From positions 64,001 to 128,000 of IMG/VR virus record IMGVR_UViG_3300020037_003256: a DNA stretch of 64,000 bases; one strand, 5' to 3'. The position numbers were made by a program, and so were the translations under genes. A model generated the notes under the pieces. It searched no databases and was not told where the DNA came from. It was given only the letters and a program-made list of their open reading frames with translations. Of this stretch, positions 1 to 9,204 are shown piece after piece. This stretch comes from a virus (taxonomy: Duplodnaviria; Caudoviricetes). Position 1 is the stretch's first letter; each line of letters begins with the position of its first letter.

Positions 1-78
1 CGATGTAATACACTCACGCAGCTCTTGCACTAAAGCTCGGATCCAAGCTGGTGTTTCGACTATATGCTCTTCAATCAT
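1..78 (-). CDS. partial hypothetical protein (MIEEHIVETPAW..., runs off the window)
   Basis: ATG at 78 overlaps the 3' end of the upstream ORF; frame is open to position 1. Confidence 0.5.
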   Translation of the reverse strand, partial: MIEEHIVETPAWIRALVQELRECITS

Positions 79-1372
79 CTTCACTAGGCTCCTGTGACAT
101 GCTGCACAACAGGTCAGGTGCAGATATCGTAATTACAGTGTGACGTGTTATTACCACGGAAGGACGCTGACCGTCATTTTCTTCCGTATCTTGTTCTCCG
201 GATGCGGCAGTAACCCGTCGCAAGATCTCCGGTCCGTGTTCGTCTGGGTCTTCTGCGTTGAAAGCTTTATCGTCCCAATACACGTCTGCGAATACCTTGC
301 CAGAACTCTCATCCGGTTGATCTGGATTCTCGTTTATGTGGTCGTACGGTACTTCGTTGTCCTTCAACCATTTCGCCACCAGTTTCTTATCTCCGCGAAC
401 TGTAAAGATAATGATCCTGGCTCCGTTGTCGTAAAACTTTCGCACCCACTCTACCGCACGTTCACGCGGGGCACCTATCGTCTTTACGTTAAACGGTTCC
501 TCCTTTTCCGCTAACGTACCGTCGAGGTCTATGCATATGGTGAATTGGTGCCCGTCGTCTGCAGACTGTTTTACAAGTAATAGCTTCGGATCTGGATCTT
601 CAAAAACGTTTTTTAGACTCGCACGTTTCATCGACCGTAATCGCATCTTTAACGCACCACCACATTTTGGGCACGTTTCATTCTCTGGCATTTCGTAGTA
701 GCGGTGCTGACAGTCTGGGCACGGTATATAACCGTCCCGTACGTGTTGCAAGACGCTGCTTTTAGCCTTCTCTTTAGCTTCTTCGTTGCGAGCCCAAAAC
801 TCAGCATCCGTTTCCGCGGCCTGCTTCGCGTGTGCTGCTTTCTCTGGCTCTGTATCGAGCCACTGCTTAAAGTCTGGTAACGTCATTGCTTTGATGCTTC
901 CCAAGCCTGTCCAACCCTTCGAGTAGTTTCGAAGATAGGCTGTCTTGGCTTCAGCTTCTGTAATGCATCCCAGCACGCACTTGTGTTCGTCGAACGATCC
1001 GTCTTTCTTAACTTGGTTGACAACGAATATGATCTCGCTGTCTGGGTGTTCTTCTGAAAAGAAGAAATCGACTTCATCACCATCTGCACCGCTGTCTTTG
1101 TTACCGAAGTAGCCGTAGTGGTCTTTCATCTCGGTAGACCACGCCTTGCCGTCTTTACTTTTACCAAAACGCACAGACCCCTTTGGGTTCTCAATGACAA
1201 GCTGCAGACCATTCCAATCTGTCTTCCCTTTTTTGTACCTCCCGGTTTCCTTCTGTTGTTCCGTAGGCTCTGTGTTTGTCTTGCTTGCCGCTTCTTGTAT
1301 GTCAGCTAACGTGTCTGCTGTCTTTACAACATGCGGTACGCCAAGTGTTTGCAGATATTCGAAATCGTCCAT
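71..1372 (-). CDS. polyvalent-type protein: inorganic pyrophosphatase-like domain + Zn ribbon + HAD phosphatase
   Basis: YKKGK..IENPKGSVR..HYGY..GADGDEVD..FDEHK..AY..NY (iPPase-like); CPDC/CPKC; IDLDGTL..IFTVR..ADVYWDDKA (HAD). Start taken at MDDFEY. Confidence 0.75.
   Translation of the reverse strand: MDDFEYLQTLGVPHVVKTADTLADIQEAASKTNTEPTEQQKETGRYKKGKTDWNGLQLVIENPKGSVRFGKSKDGKAWSTEMKDHYGYFGNKDSGADGDEVDFFFSEEHPDSEIIFVVNQVKKDGSFDEHKCVLGCITEAEAKTAYLRNYSKGWTGLGSIKAMTLPDFKQWLDTEPEKAAHAKQAAETDAEFWARNEEAKEKAKSSVLQHVRDGYIPCPDCQHRYYEMPENETCPKCGGALKMRLRSMKRASLKNVFEDPDPKLLLVKQSADDGHQFTICIDLDGTLAEKEEPFNVKTIGAPRERAVEWVRKFYDNGARIIIFTVRGDKKLVAKWLKDNEVPYDHINENPDQPDESSGKVFADVYWDDKAFNAEDPDEHGPEILRRVTAASGEQDTEENDGQRPSVVITRHTVITISAPDLLCSMSQEPSEDD
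598..617. repeat. dispersed 20-bp palindrome, copy 1 (intragenic, imperfect)
   Basis: CTTCAAAAACGTTTTTTAGA, central CG at 607-608. Confidence 0.7.
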
Positions 1373-1383
1373 TTTAAAACCCC

Positions 1384-1412
1384 TTGTCGTGTCCCTCTTT
1401 AGGGGGTATAAC
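1384..1412 (+). promoter_or_regulatory. sigma70-like promoter for csrA
   Basis: TTGTCG (1384-1389), 17-bp spacer, TATAAC (1407-1412) in the divergent intergenic gap. Confidence 0.6.
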
Positions 1413-1466
1413 ACTAATGACGTACGCCGTCAACGTAACCAGTTCTCTTTTCAGGAAGGAGCCTGT

Positions 1467-1643
1467 ATGCTCGTCCTTACACGTAAGCTTGACGAAAAGA
1501 TCATAGTCAACAACGACATCGTAATCACCGTTGTTGAGATTCTGAATGGGCGTGTACGTATCGGGATTGAAGCGCCTATTGAAGTGCCTGTACATCGCAG
1601 TGAAGTCCAGGCAAAAGTTAAAGCAGCTGAGGCCGTATCTTAG
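1467..1643 (+). CDS. csrA: carbon storage regulator CsrA/RsmA (58 aa)
   Basis: MLVLTRKLDEKIIV..ITVVEI..GRVRIGIEAP..VPVHRSEV; SD AGGAAGGAG upstream. Confidence 0.95.
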   Translation: MLVLTRKLDEKIIVNNDIVITVVEILNGRVRIGIEAPIEVPVHRSEVQAKVKAAEAVS

Positions 1644-2176
1644 GTTTTAGCTACGGTGTTTCGTCCTAGCACGCTTCTCCGGCGAATAGCAACGACGACG
1701 CAAAAGGAACTGCCACCGTTTGGTAATGGTGTCATACCGTAAGACTTGCGAAGCGTTTGCAACTCAGGAGAGTGTACTTTCAAGTACCAGACATGCGATA
1801 CCCCCGGCCATGCGGGGGTATCAAAACTGTAGAGTTTACCCAGCGAGTAACGAAACTCCTTACCACGTTCCGTTACTTTGTCCGCACCGCCCAATCCTTT
1901 CAGATCCGTAGCAGACATAACCGCGATATGTGCGTTTAGATTGCCGTCAGAGCCCGATGGCGGTAATTCAATTCCCGGCTCACGCATAGCCGAAAACACA
2001 CCACGAACGAGCGAGTTCGGTACAGATAGCAACAAGTGCCCAGATGAGCTAACGTATAACCGACCAGCCAGGTTATACGATACTTCTTCTGCTGCTTGTT
2101 TAACTAGCTCTCTACCGGCTGCGAACAAACGCGCCGCCCAGGTAGGCGGCGAGTCTTGTGTAGATAGTAGCGACAT
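1640..2176 (-). CDS. putative degenerate 2H-phosphoesterase-like protein
   Basis: NAHIAV as first HxT-like motif; SPELQTLRKSYG followed by FCVVVA where the second motif is expected. Confidence 0.4.
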   Translation of the reverse strand: MSLLSTQDSPPTWAARLFAAGRELVKQAAEEVSYNLAGRLYVSSSGHLLLSVPNSLVRGVFSAMREPGIELPPSGSDGNLNAHIAVMSATDLKGLGGADKVTERGKEFRYSLGKLYSFDTPAWPGVSHVWYLKVHSPELQTLRKSYGMTPLPNGGSSFCVVVAIRRRSVLGRNTVAKT

Positions 2177-2178
2177 TG

Positions 2179-2652
2179 TTATTTCCCGCTGACAACTGCG
2201 TAGAACGCTACGGCAGTTGTAATGATCCAGCCGCCAAACTTCGCGATCTCCCAAATTGCGTTTTTCGTAGACTTGATCGAATCTTGTCCACGATCCAGCG
2301 TACCTACGTGTGACGCTAAAGAAGCCAGCGACTGCCGTAGCTCGGCCATAAGCGCGTGAGTATCTTTAACGTCATCTCGAACACCGGCAATCTGCTCCGT
2401 GTGTCCGCGAGTCACGTTAACTAAGTTTGCTGAATTTGCGTTGTCTTGAATAACGCGATCTAGATTGGCTAATTTGGCTTCTAACTGTTCCAAGGTTTTT
2501 ACGGCTGCGATAATAGCTTTGGCGTTGCTATTCACTTCCGCACCAACGCACTTAAGGCCTTCACTGGCTGCCTTTGTAGCTTCCAGCAGCTGACCAATGA
2601 TTATCATCAGGTTGTCGGTGTCCGCTGCACTAGGCTTCCGTGCCGTAGTCAT
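2179..2652 (-). CDS. coiled-coil protein with C-terminal TM helix
   Basis: heptad-like helical body; hydrophobic tail FGGWIITTAVAFYAVV; start MTTARK. Confidence 0.6.
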   Translation of the reverse strand: MTTARKPSAADTDNLMIIIGQLLEATKAASEGLKCVGAEVNSNAKAIIAAVKTLEQLEAKLANLDRVIQDNANSANLVNVTRGHTEQIAGVRDDVKDTHALMAELRQSLASLASHVGTLDRGQDSIKSTKNAIWEIAKFGGWIITTAVAFYAVVSGK

Positions 2653-2681
2653 GGGCTGCCTCCCAGAGAGTTTGGATTTAG

Positions 2682-2894
2682 TTACGCTGCACGATTTGGG
2701 TTCAAAGCTGACCCGTTTTGCAGTAGCGTCGTTACATCCGCACAAATTTGATCCATTGTCCTTACCGCGACCTGGATACCTCTGCAGCCACGCAGATGCG
2801 CATGTTGCATGTCTTTGAGTCGCATTAAACACAAATGGAGGGCTATACGCGGCGGAGCATTGACTTTATCACCGTCTGTATCGCTAGCTGGCAT
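2682..2894 (-). CDS. hypothetical protein
   Basis: GGAG SD before MPASDT. Confidence 0.35.
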   Translation of the reverse strand: MPASDTDGDKVNAPPRIALHLCLMRLKDMQHAHLRGCRGIQVAVRTMDQICADVTTLLQNGSALNPNRAA

Positions 2895-3205
2895 GGCAGT
2901 CTCCAGGCTTGTTATTTGCGTAACGTAAGCAGATTGATTCCCAGAACTTCCCCATATTGTCCCAGGCTCCATTCCGCAACACATTACACAATGTGTTGCA
3001 AGAAGACACGGGCAGCGTATGAGCGTGCTACCGGTGCTTGTCATCCTGCTCCGGGCTTTTCGCCATGGAGCTATCTCGTTAATACCCGTTGTTACCTCCA
3101 TGGCCCAACAGGTATTTCATTACCAGCCGACGCTCGCGGCAACCAATCTACCTCCGTTACATCAACACCAAGTATACCGAAAGACCTTACCTCTGCGGAA
3201 GACAG

Positions 3206-3463
3206 CTACAGTTTTGTGATGTTTCGAACGCCTTCATAGTACTTCCGTGTATGTCCACGCCGACCACAATCACATTTGCGTGACAGATCTAGCACACAAG
3301 CTCGCACCGTAGCTTCAGAATGTCCCCAGTAAGGACCGACCTGTGTCCCGCCGTAGGTGCACATGGCGTATACGCAATCTTGCTTATTACCTGCTGCGTT
3401 CTTTTGCTGTGTAAAGCAAATAACAGCCGGAGCGAACAGCTTGGATTTTCGTTTACGTCGCAT
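3206..3463 (-). CDS. small basic Cys-rich hypothetical protein
   Basis: ORF track; CDCGRRGH motif. Confidence 0.6.
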   Translation of the reverse strand: MRRKRKSKLFAPAVICFTQQKNAAGNKQDCVYAMCTYGGTQVGPYWGHSEATVRACVLDLSRKCDCGRRGHTRKYYEGVRNITKL

Positions 3464-3483
3464 GATGCACCGTTAAACAGGTA

Positions 3484-3509
3484 AACCGCTCAGAAGCAGC
3501 TGAGCGGTT
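3484..3509 (-). terminator. probable intrinsic terminator
   Basis: 10-bp stem AACCGCTCAG/CTGAGCGGTT, 6-nt loop, T-rich tail on the minus strand, just after the 3543 ORF. Confidence 0.55.
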
Positions 3510-3542
3510 CATAGAGATCAAATCAAAATGGTGTGTGCCGAG

Positions 3543-3830
3543 TTACTTTTTGACTTTCTTCGCTTTCTTCCCTTCTTCACTGAGAACACCTTCAGAGATC
3601 CAACCTCGCTTTTGGCAGGTCTCAATCGCAACCCGATCCAGCTTTGGAGCATCCTTCACTGGTTTTCCCGTTGAGGTCAACAAGGTTACAGACTTCTTTC
3701 CCTTGTCGTTGGTTTCAACAGAGATCTTTCGACCGTTGCCCAAGGCGTCAAGAACGGCCAGCTGCTTGTCGGTAGGAACGACAGCTTTTGGGGCCTTAGG
3801 TGCTTTAACTGCTTTTGCGTTAGCCATCAT
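3543..3830 (-). CDS. small Lys-rich putative DNA-binding protein
   Basis: KAVKAPKAPKA N-terminal tail, wHTH-like core, GGAG SD. Confidence 0.6.
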   Translation of the reverse strand: MMANAKAVKAPKAPKAVVPTDKQLAVLDALGNGRKISVETNDKGKKSVTLLTSTGKPVKDAPKLDRVAIETCQKRGWISEGVLSEEGKKAKKVKK

Positions 3831-3865
3831 AAACTCCATAAAGAAATTACGCTCTGTTTCTAAGG

Positions 3866-4603
3866 TCAGTCCGCTAACTTGCGGATAGTTCGCCTTTTTT
3901 TGGCGTGTATGTTTCTGACTGTTGGGCCAGAAGCCAACCCATCACAACCGATCGGAATATAACCGTCTGGTTTTTCAACAAATTCAACACCCACGGCTAA
4001 GCTGTTCGCCAATAAAGTAATCAGGGTCTCAGCCACGCTGGGTGTTGGTAACGTTTTACCTGAAAGCATATGTTGAATGCTGAACCGTAAATGCTTCAGC
4101 ATGTCTTCTTGCCAGTCAGGTCCACCGTCTGTGCCGTACGCCGCTATTATATGCTGCAGACACATAGCTGTAGCAGTGTACGTATATGCCAATACTTGTT
4201 TCAACACGTGTTCCGGAATTTTTGCTGTTTTTTCCGAAGAAATACCAACTTGTTTCGGAAACACGTCTACTTGCTTGTTCGGCAGTATCGCCGGCTTCAC
4301 ATGCCGATCCACTTTTACCGGGGACAGCGGACTCAGCGTTAACGCAAACGTATGCGCTTCTTGATAGGTGAAGAACACCTTGTAGATAGACCCGTGACGA
4401 ACACCGAACTGACCTTTGCGTGTAACCGTGATTTCTGGTGGACCTATTGCGCTAGCAAGCAGCACTGGCATTACGCCAGCCATATCCGGTTCCGTAGTCG
4501 TGAACCCGTATGGAAACTGCCCTTGGTATTCTGGCTGCAAGCTACACGTACCGTCTGATCGTTGGTACACAGCAATAACTTCAGCTCCCGGTTGTTCGCC
4601 CAT
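3866..4603 (-). CDS. hypothetical protein
   Basis: 245-aa ORF abutting its neighbours. Confidence 0.7.
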   Translation of the reverse strand: MGEQPGAEVIAVYQRSDGTCSLQPEYQGQFPYGFTTTEPDMAGVMPVLLASAIGPPEITVTRKGQFGVRHGSIYKVFFTYQEAHTFALTLSPLSPVKVDRHVKPAILPNKQVDVFPKQVGISSEKTAKIPEHVLKQVLAYTYTATAMCLQHIIAAYGTDGGPDWQEDMLKHLRFSIQHMLSGKTLPTPSVAETLITLLANSLAVGVEFVEKPDGYIPIGCDGLASGPTVRNIHAKKRRTIRKLAD

Positions 4604-4604
4604 G

Positions 4605-5108
4605 TTACACCTTGGGTACTTTTAACGTGCCGAGCGTAGCGAGCTGCCCCGCCGTCAAGTCACCGTTATCCTTATTCTTACCAAGCATGTGCTCTGTTAC
4701 GAGCTCCAACGCTTCTACGACACTGTTCTCGAATTTTTCTTTGGTGCAGATTCCGGTCTCCACCATCAGCCGGACAACCGCAAGCATCTGGGCCGCGACC
4801 CATCTATTGTACTGTGCTTGCGTACTGCCCTGCGTATGTGTGGTAGGCTCAGCTACCGGTGCTTTGACTGTATTGTCGCTTGGGCGAAGGGCTAACAAGT
4901 CATCAGCGTTCTTTGTGTAGAAGAATGCTGAGAAAGCTCTACCAGCCCGCATACCGTTAGTGTTAGCCGGAAAGATGCTGGCTACCATGCACGGATATTC
5001 GGTAGGACCGCTGCCCCACGTAATCTCTATTGGCGACTTGACCATCGCCTGCTCTTGTGCTCGCTTGTAGTTTTCCCAGTCATCCAAGTTCCGTAACGCT
5101 GTCCACAT
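4605..5108 (-). CDS. hypothetical protein
   Basis: start MWTAL after TAGGAC. Confidence 0.65.
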   Translation of the reverse strand: MWTALRNLDDWENYKRAQEQAMVKSPIEITWGSGPTEYPCMVASIFPANTNGMRAGRAFSAFFYTKNADDLLALRPSDNTVKAPVAEPTTHTQGSTQAQYNRWVAAQMLAVVRLMVETGICTKEKFENSVVEALELVTEHMLGKNKDNGDLTAGQLATLGTLKVPKV

Positions 5109-5116
5109 ATAACGTC

Positions 5117-5326
5117 CTAGTTTTGATTCTGAAGATTCGCCGAAGCCCAAAGGGCTAATTCGACTTTTGTGTTTACCGCTAGCTTCTTTCGAAGCCTAGA
5201 CGTGTACGACTTTACTGTTTCGAAACCGATGCCTAGATCAGTAGCTATTTGCGGGTATGTCTTACCGAGCAATACGCCACGCAGTACGTCAATTTCGCGG
5301 GAACTGAGTTTCACGTTGTTTTCCAC
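5117..5326 (-). CDS. stand-alone LuxR/GerE-type HTH regulator
   Basis: LSSREIDVL..GKTYPQIATDLGIGFETVKSY..RLRKKL..NTKVEL. Confidence 0.9.
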   Translation of the reverse strand: MENNVKLSSREIDVLRGVLLGKTYPQIATDLGIGFETVKSYTSRLRKKLAVNTKVELALWASANLQNQN

Positions 5327-5346
5327 AAATAGCTCCTAATCTAGCC

Positions 5347-6285
5347 CTACGCGGTCTTCTGAGACGACCCGGTAACAGAAGATCCTGAAACCTTTTGCGG
5401 TTTCTCGCTTACCGCTCTTCCTCCTTGAAAACTACCTTCTACTTTTGGTACTGCCAAGTTTATCGGATGCAACGTACCTGGCCATACCCAAGTCGGTGTG
5501 AAATCATAAGCACCACCATCGCTACCTTCAACGTGCATCGTCGTATCCCAAGGAACACTACTAAGCAACGTTGTCAGTGTTTCCTTTTGTGCCGCCAACC
5601 AAGACGCAGATCTGGCTCGTTTCTGTGCGATCTGGCGATGGTATTCGTAGCCTCGCAAGTTATTGTTGGTTACCCCAACAATATGCTGCAGTACGTCACT
5701 TGCAAGCGGCTGAACCTTACGACCGGCTCGAACCGTGTTGATTAGCATCATCTCAGCGGGCTTTGACCGGATGTTCGGTTCTAGCGTCGGAAAATAACGA
5801 CGAAAGGCCATCAAGCTCGACGGCAGCGTACGATCTGCTATCGTTGAATTCGGGTTAGCGTCTTCACCCAATACAAACAGTTCCGACGTTTCCCAGAAGG
5901 CATACATACCAGAACCGTACACCGTCACAGCTTCCGGATATGCCGCTTGCACTTGCATCTGCTTCTTCAAGCGGTCTGGCAAGTTTATGCAGTCGTCATC
6001 CCACAGCGTCAGAACTTCACCGCTTGCGTGTATGGCCGCAAACGCTAATCCTTCAGCCTGCGACTTTGCTGGACGAGCAATTACATGCATACCCCGTATG
6101 CCGGCTTCTACTCTGGCACGATCTACAAAAGACTGAACCAACGAAACGTAATCTCCGGCGTTGTCGACTACGATAATCAGTTCTTTTTCGTCGTACGTCT
6201 GTGTCGAGAAGCTTAGGATTGTTCTCTGCAGCTGTCCGTAGCGGTGAGGCTGCGAAACACACAGACAAGAAATTAACTCACCCAT
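5347..6285 (-). CDS. glycosyltransferase family 2-like
   Basis: ISCLCV..QTY..KELIIVVD..WDDD..PDRL..Q. Confidence 0.8.
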   Translation of the reverse strand: MGELISCLCVSQPHRYGQLQRTILSFSTQTYDEKELIIVVDNAGDYVSLVQSFVDRARVEAGIRGMHVIARPAKSQAEGLAFAAIHASGEVLTLWDDDCINLPDRLKKQMQVQAAYPEAVTVYGSGMYAFWETSELFVLGEDANPNSTIADRTLPSSLMAFRRYFPTLEPNIRSKPAEMMLINTVRAGRKVQPLASDVLQHIVGVTNNNLRGYEYHRQIAQKRARSASWLAAQKETLTTLLSSVPWDTTMHVEGSDGGAYDFTPTWVWPGTLHPINLAVPKVEGSFQGGRAVSEKPQKVSGSSVTGSSQKTA

Positions 6286-6293
6286 GAACACTC

Positions 6294-6878
6294 CTAGACT
6301 TTGTTAGAGGCAACCAACGCATCGACAAGGACGTACTCGTCAGGACACGTCACGTCGAGGCTTTCAATCAAAGCAACAGGAACCGTGCCGATCTTCCGTT
6401 GATCTTCCTCGACGTGCGGTCGAAAGACACGTACACTATTCACACGCTCTTGCACTTCCACTGCCTTTCTAATGCCCGCAACAACGACAGGTCTGGCCGG
6501 CATTGCGTGTGTGCATTTCTTGCGTCGCACCGCCGCAACACAAGCTTCGATTTTTCCGCTGGTCAGGAATGGCGAGCTACAAAGTGAGACCAGTACCACT
6601 TCCGCGTCTGCTGCGGGTCCTTCTACCGAAGTGAACCAGGTGTCCAACTCACTGTCTGATGCCTTCTCTAACGCTTTCGGCAGTACCCGCACCTCAATAT
6701 CCTCGCTCAGTAATTTACGTACTGCTGAAGATAACACCTGAGAAGTAACACAGACAATACGATCAATACCCCTCACCTCTTGAAGCTGCGTTAGGCTCCA
6801 CTTCATAATCGGCATATGCCCCAACCACGAAGTATGCTTTGAATCTTTCACAAACAAAACTGCGACGGTCCGTGCCAT
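6294..6878 (-). CDS. cytidylyltransferase (NeuA/KdsB)-like, degenerate
   Basis: IDRIVC, SSPFL..KIEAC, ESLDV; lacks the N-terminal ARxxSKRxxxKN motif. Confidence 0.6.
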   Translation of the reverse strand: MARTVAVLFVKDSKHTSWLGHMPIMKWSLTQLQEVRGIDRIVCVTSQVLSSAVRKLLSEDIEVRVLPKALEKASDSELDTWFTSVEGPAADAEVVLVSLCSSPFLTSGKIEACVAAVRRKKCTHAMPARPVVVAGIRKAVEVQERVNSVRVFRPHVEEDQRKIGTVPVALIESLDVTCPDEYVLVDALVASNKV

Positions 6879-6889
6879 GCGAGTAGCTC

Positions 6890-7666
6890 CTAGATAAGGT
6901 CGTCTGATTCCATAAGCGATCGAACGTCCTGCGGGACGTCTAGCTTCAATTCCAACCAATTCGATACGCGTTGTGGTATCGTTTTATTTGGTAGTCTGCG
7001 GTAGGTAGATTGTGCCAGTATTGGCAGCTCTGGCAGCTCAATGTGGTCAAAGACTTTTCGCATCACAGATTGGAAGTCCGTAACTATGTCCTTGTACTGG
7101 ATCTCCAATCTGTCTGCACACGATTTGCGAATCTTATCTGTGGTTGCCGCGTGTGTTCGGCAAAACGGTATCAGCTCTTCCGCGTCTATACGTACGGGTA
7201 GCTGCAACTTCTTTTGCTGTTTAGCTCCGTACTTCAAAACCCACAGTTTGGATTGTTGCGCTTGCTTACGACTTACAAAGCAAGCAACCGGGTTGCGTAC
7301 TAGTTGTATGATGCCGAACCCGCCCTCTCGATAGTTTTCCTCCATGAAGTCGTATAGTTCTAACGTCCTTATCGTGTCATACGGGACGTAGCAGCCGATA
7401 GATAGTTCATCGTGCCGCGGTATGAAAACAGTACCTGCCAGGTACTGCCATGGGTTTGTTACCTGGTCTATGAACCACTCTGGGCGGCTCTTGGACGCAG
7501 GTGGGCCAAAATAGCTCTCGTGCGCCTCGCGGCGTATGTCTTTGTCTTCGTGGAATAGGTCCACGTAACAAACGGCACCAGTGCGATTATTAATTGCGGA
7601 CATAATCGCACCAGCGCCGCTTCTACATTCACCAGTCAGCAAGTAGGTCCAAACATGCTCGGACAC
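6890..7666 (-). CDS. sulfotransferase-like (Stf0 type)
   Basis: LLTGECRSG (PSB-loop-like), IIQLVRNP...VS, LEIQYKDI; GTG start. Confidence 0.7.
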   Translation of the reverse strand: MSEHVWTYLLTGECRSGAGAIMSAINNRTGAVCYVDLFHEDKDIRREAHESYFGPPASKSRPEWFIDQVTNPWQYLAGTVFIPRHDELSIGCYVPYDTIRTLELYDFMEENYREGGFGIIQLVRNPVACFVSRKQAQQSKLWVLKYGAKQQKKLQLPVRIDAEELIPFCRTHAATTDKIRKSCADRLEIQYKDIVTDFQSVMRKVFDHIELPELPILAQSTYRRLPNKTIPQRVSNWLELKLDVPQDVRSLMESDDLI

Positions 7667-7674
7667 GGTAGTTC

Positions 7675-8658
7675 CTAGGCTTGAAGTGGTTGTAACGCTT
7701 CCTGCGGTAACCGAGCTTCTGCCTTGAGCCCGAAACCTTCTAGTGTTTCTGTCATGTACTCTGCTACGTCTTTGCCCAGATCCCATCGCCCAAAGAACTC
7801 GGGAGAGTGGTGCCCCGCCATAAATGTTTCCCGAGGCGTGACGTTGTCTCCTGCGTGGACTCGCATTAACAAAGAGTTCACCGGCCACTCTTTGTTATCC
7901 ACGACGTTGGTGTTCAACGCCCAATGGGTCTGAACAAACGTGTAATCTTCTCCGCCCGTTCTGTCTGCAAACTGAATACCCATACCTGTAGGGCACAATA
8001 CGGTATTTGGAATACCATACGGTTCCACATGCATGTACGCTGTCGCATGTTCAATATCGACACGTACCTGTGTCGTCAGCAACGTTGCTTTTCCACGGAC
8101 GTGCGCACTTACCAAGAAAGACAACAGCTCGTAGTCGTAGACGTCGTCATCGTCCCAAAACGGAAATACCAAATCACCCACAGCATGTTTCAAACCGATA
8201 TTCCGCAGCTCACCGGTTGATGCTGGTGCTACGGATTGCAGTTCCAACACGTTGTTGTGCGGTACGTTTGTGATTGGTGTGTTCGATGCGTTGACGATAA
8301 CGATTTGCTTGTTTGGGTAACTCTGGGCCACAAACTGATTCACGGCCTTTCTGGCCCGTCGTACCCGATTTGCATCACTGAAAACCATGATAGCCGTAAC
8401 AGACGGTAATCTGTTCTTGGCTTGTGCCAGACTGGCGTCGCACACAGCTAGCCGTCTCGCTATTCGTTTTGCATCTGGTGCCACAGACATGGAACGATCA
8501 GACCCGTTCCAGTTCGGACTTGGTGGAACAGGAGCACCAGAACGTAAAGCTTCGATTTGTGCCGCGGTTAAGTGCGGAAAGATTTTGTCTAGATTTGCTA
8601 AGGCCATCTCTTTGACCGGGATGGTCGCCTTCCCGCCGATCTTTTGCCCGTCACTCAT
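7675..8658 (-). CDS. glycosyltransferase family 2-like
   Basis: PSVTAI..QSYPNKQIVIVN..GELRNIGL..WDDDD..GED. Confidence 0.8.
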   Translation of the reverse strand: MSDGQKIGGKATIPVKEMALANLDKIFPHLTAAQIEALRSGAPVPPSPNWNGSDRSMSVAPDAKRIARRLAVCDASLAQAKNRLPSVTAIMVFSDANRVRRARKAVNQFVAQSYPNKQIVIVNASNTPITNVPHNNVLELQSVAPASTGELRNIGLKHAVGDLVFPFWDDDDVYDYELLSFLVSAHVRGKATLLTTQVRVDIEHATAYMHVEPYGIPNTVLCPTGMGIQFADRTGGEDYTFVQTHWALNTNVVDNKEWPVNSLLMRVHAGDNVTPRETFMAGHHSPEFFGRWDLGKDVAEYMTETLEGFGLKAEARLPQEALQPLQA

Positions 8659-8742
8659 AGGTATCCTCACAGCTGTACCGCTCAGACAACACTCCGAGCT
8701 CTCGTATGCTGTTATACCCGAAAGGGGGACAAAGTCCAGACG

Positions 8743-8874
8743 TCATTTTGCTCTTTGTCTGGTGGACAGAATCAGCAACCGCAGAATCTTCAGAAGTAAA
8801 GCTAGTAACATTAAGCCGATCGGCCCGGCTCCCAAGATAAGACACGTCCAGGCACTCTTGTTTAGTTCGTCCAT
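8743..8874 (-). CDS. small membrane protein
   Basis: GAGG SD, MDELNK start, single hydrophobic helix. Confidence 0.45.
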   Translation of the reverse strand: MDELNKSAWTCLILGAGPIGLMLLALLLKILRLLILSTRQRAK

Positions 8875-8971
8875 GTGTCCTCGCTGGGTCCTCAATGGGT
8901 AAAGAAAAGAGAAGGGACCAGGATAGTAGCTTTGGGCTAAAATCCTGGTCACCGCTAATCAACCGGGGTGG

Positions 8972-9121
8972 TTATTGATTAGCGGCAGGTACAATAGTGC
9001 AGGTTGCCGGCACTAGCCGGTCAGCCTGTAATTGCACAACGTGCTTAGCTTCTTCGTACTCAGCTTCGATCGCTTTAACGGTAGGTTTTGAAGCCAACGT
9101 GTTCTCGTAAATTCTTAACAT
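8972..9121 (-). CDS. small hypothetical protein (49 aa, MLRIYENT...)
   Basis: TAGGAG SD; translated by hand, below the ORF-track cutoff. Confidence 0.5.
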   Translation of the reverse strand: MLRIYENTLASKPTVKAIEAEYEEAKHVVQLQADRLVPATCTIVPAANQ

Positions 9122-9204
9122 ACATGCTCCTAAATAAGAAAGTTGCAGAATTAATTCTTTGCATGTATTGTGACGCGTTTCTTACCGTTATTTAGCCCCA
9201 CGTA

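Noticed and set aside
1146-1466. N-terminal extension of CsrA in the 165-aa ORF call
   Set aside because: It overlaps the opposite-strand gene; SD and promoter support the start at 1467
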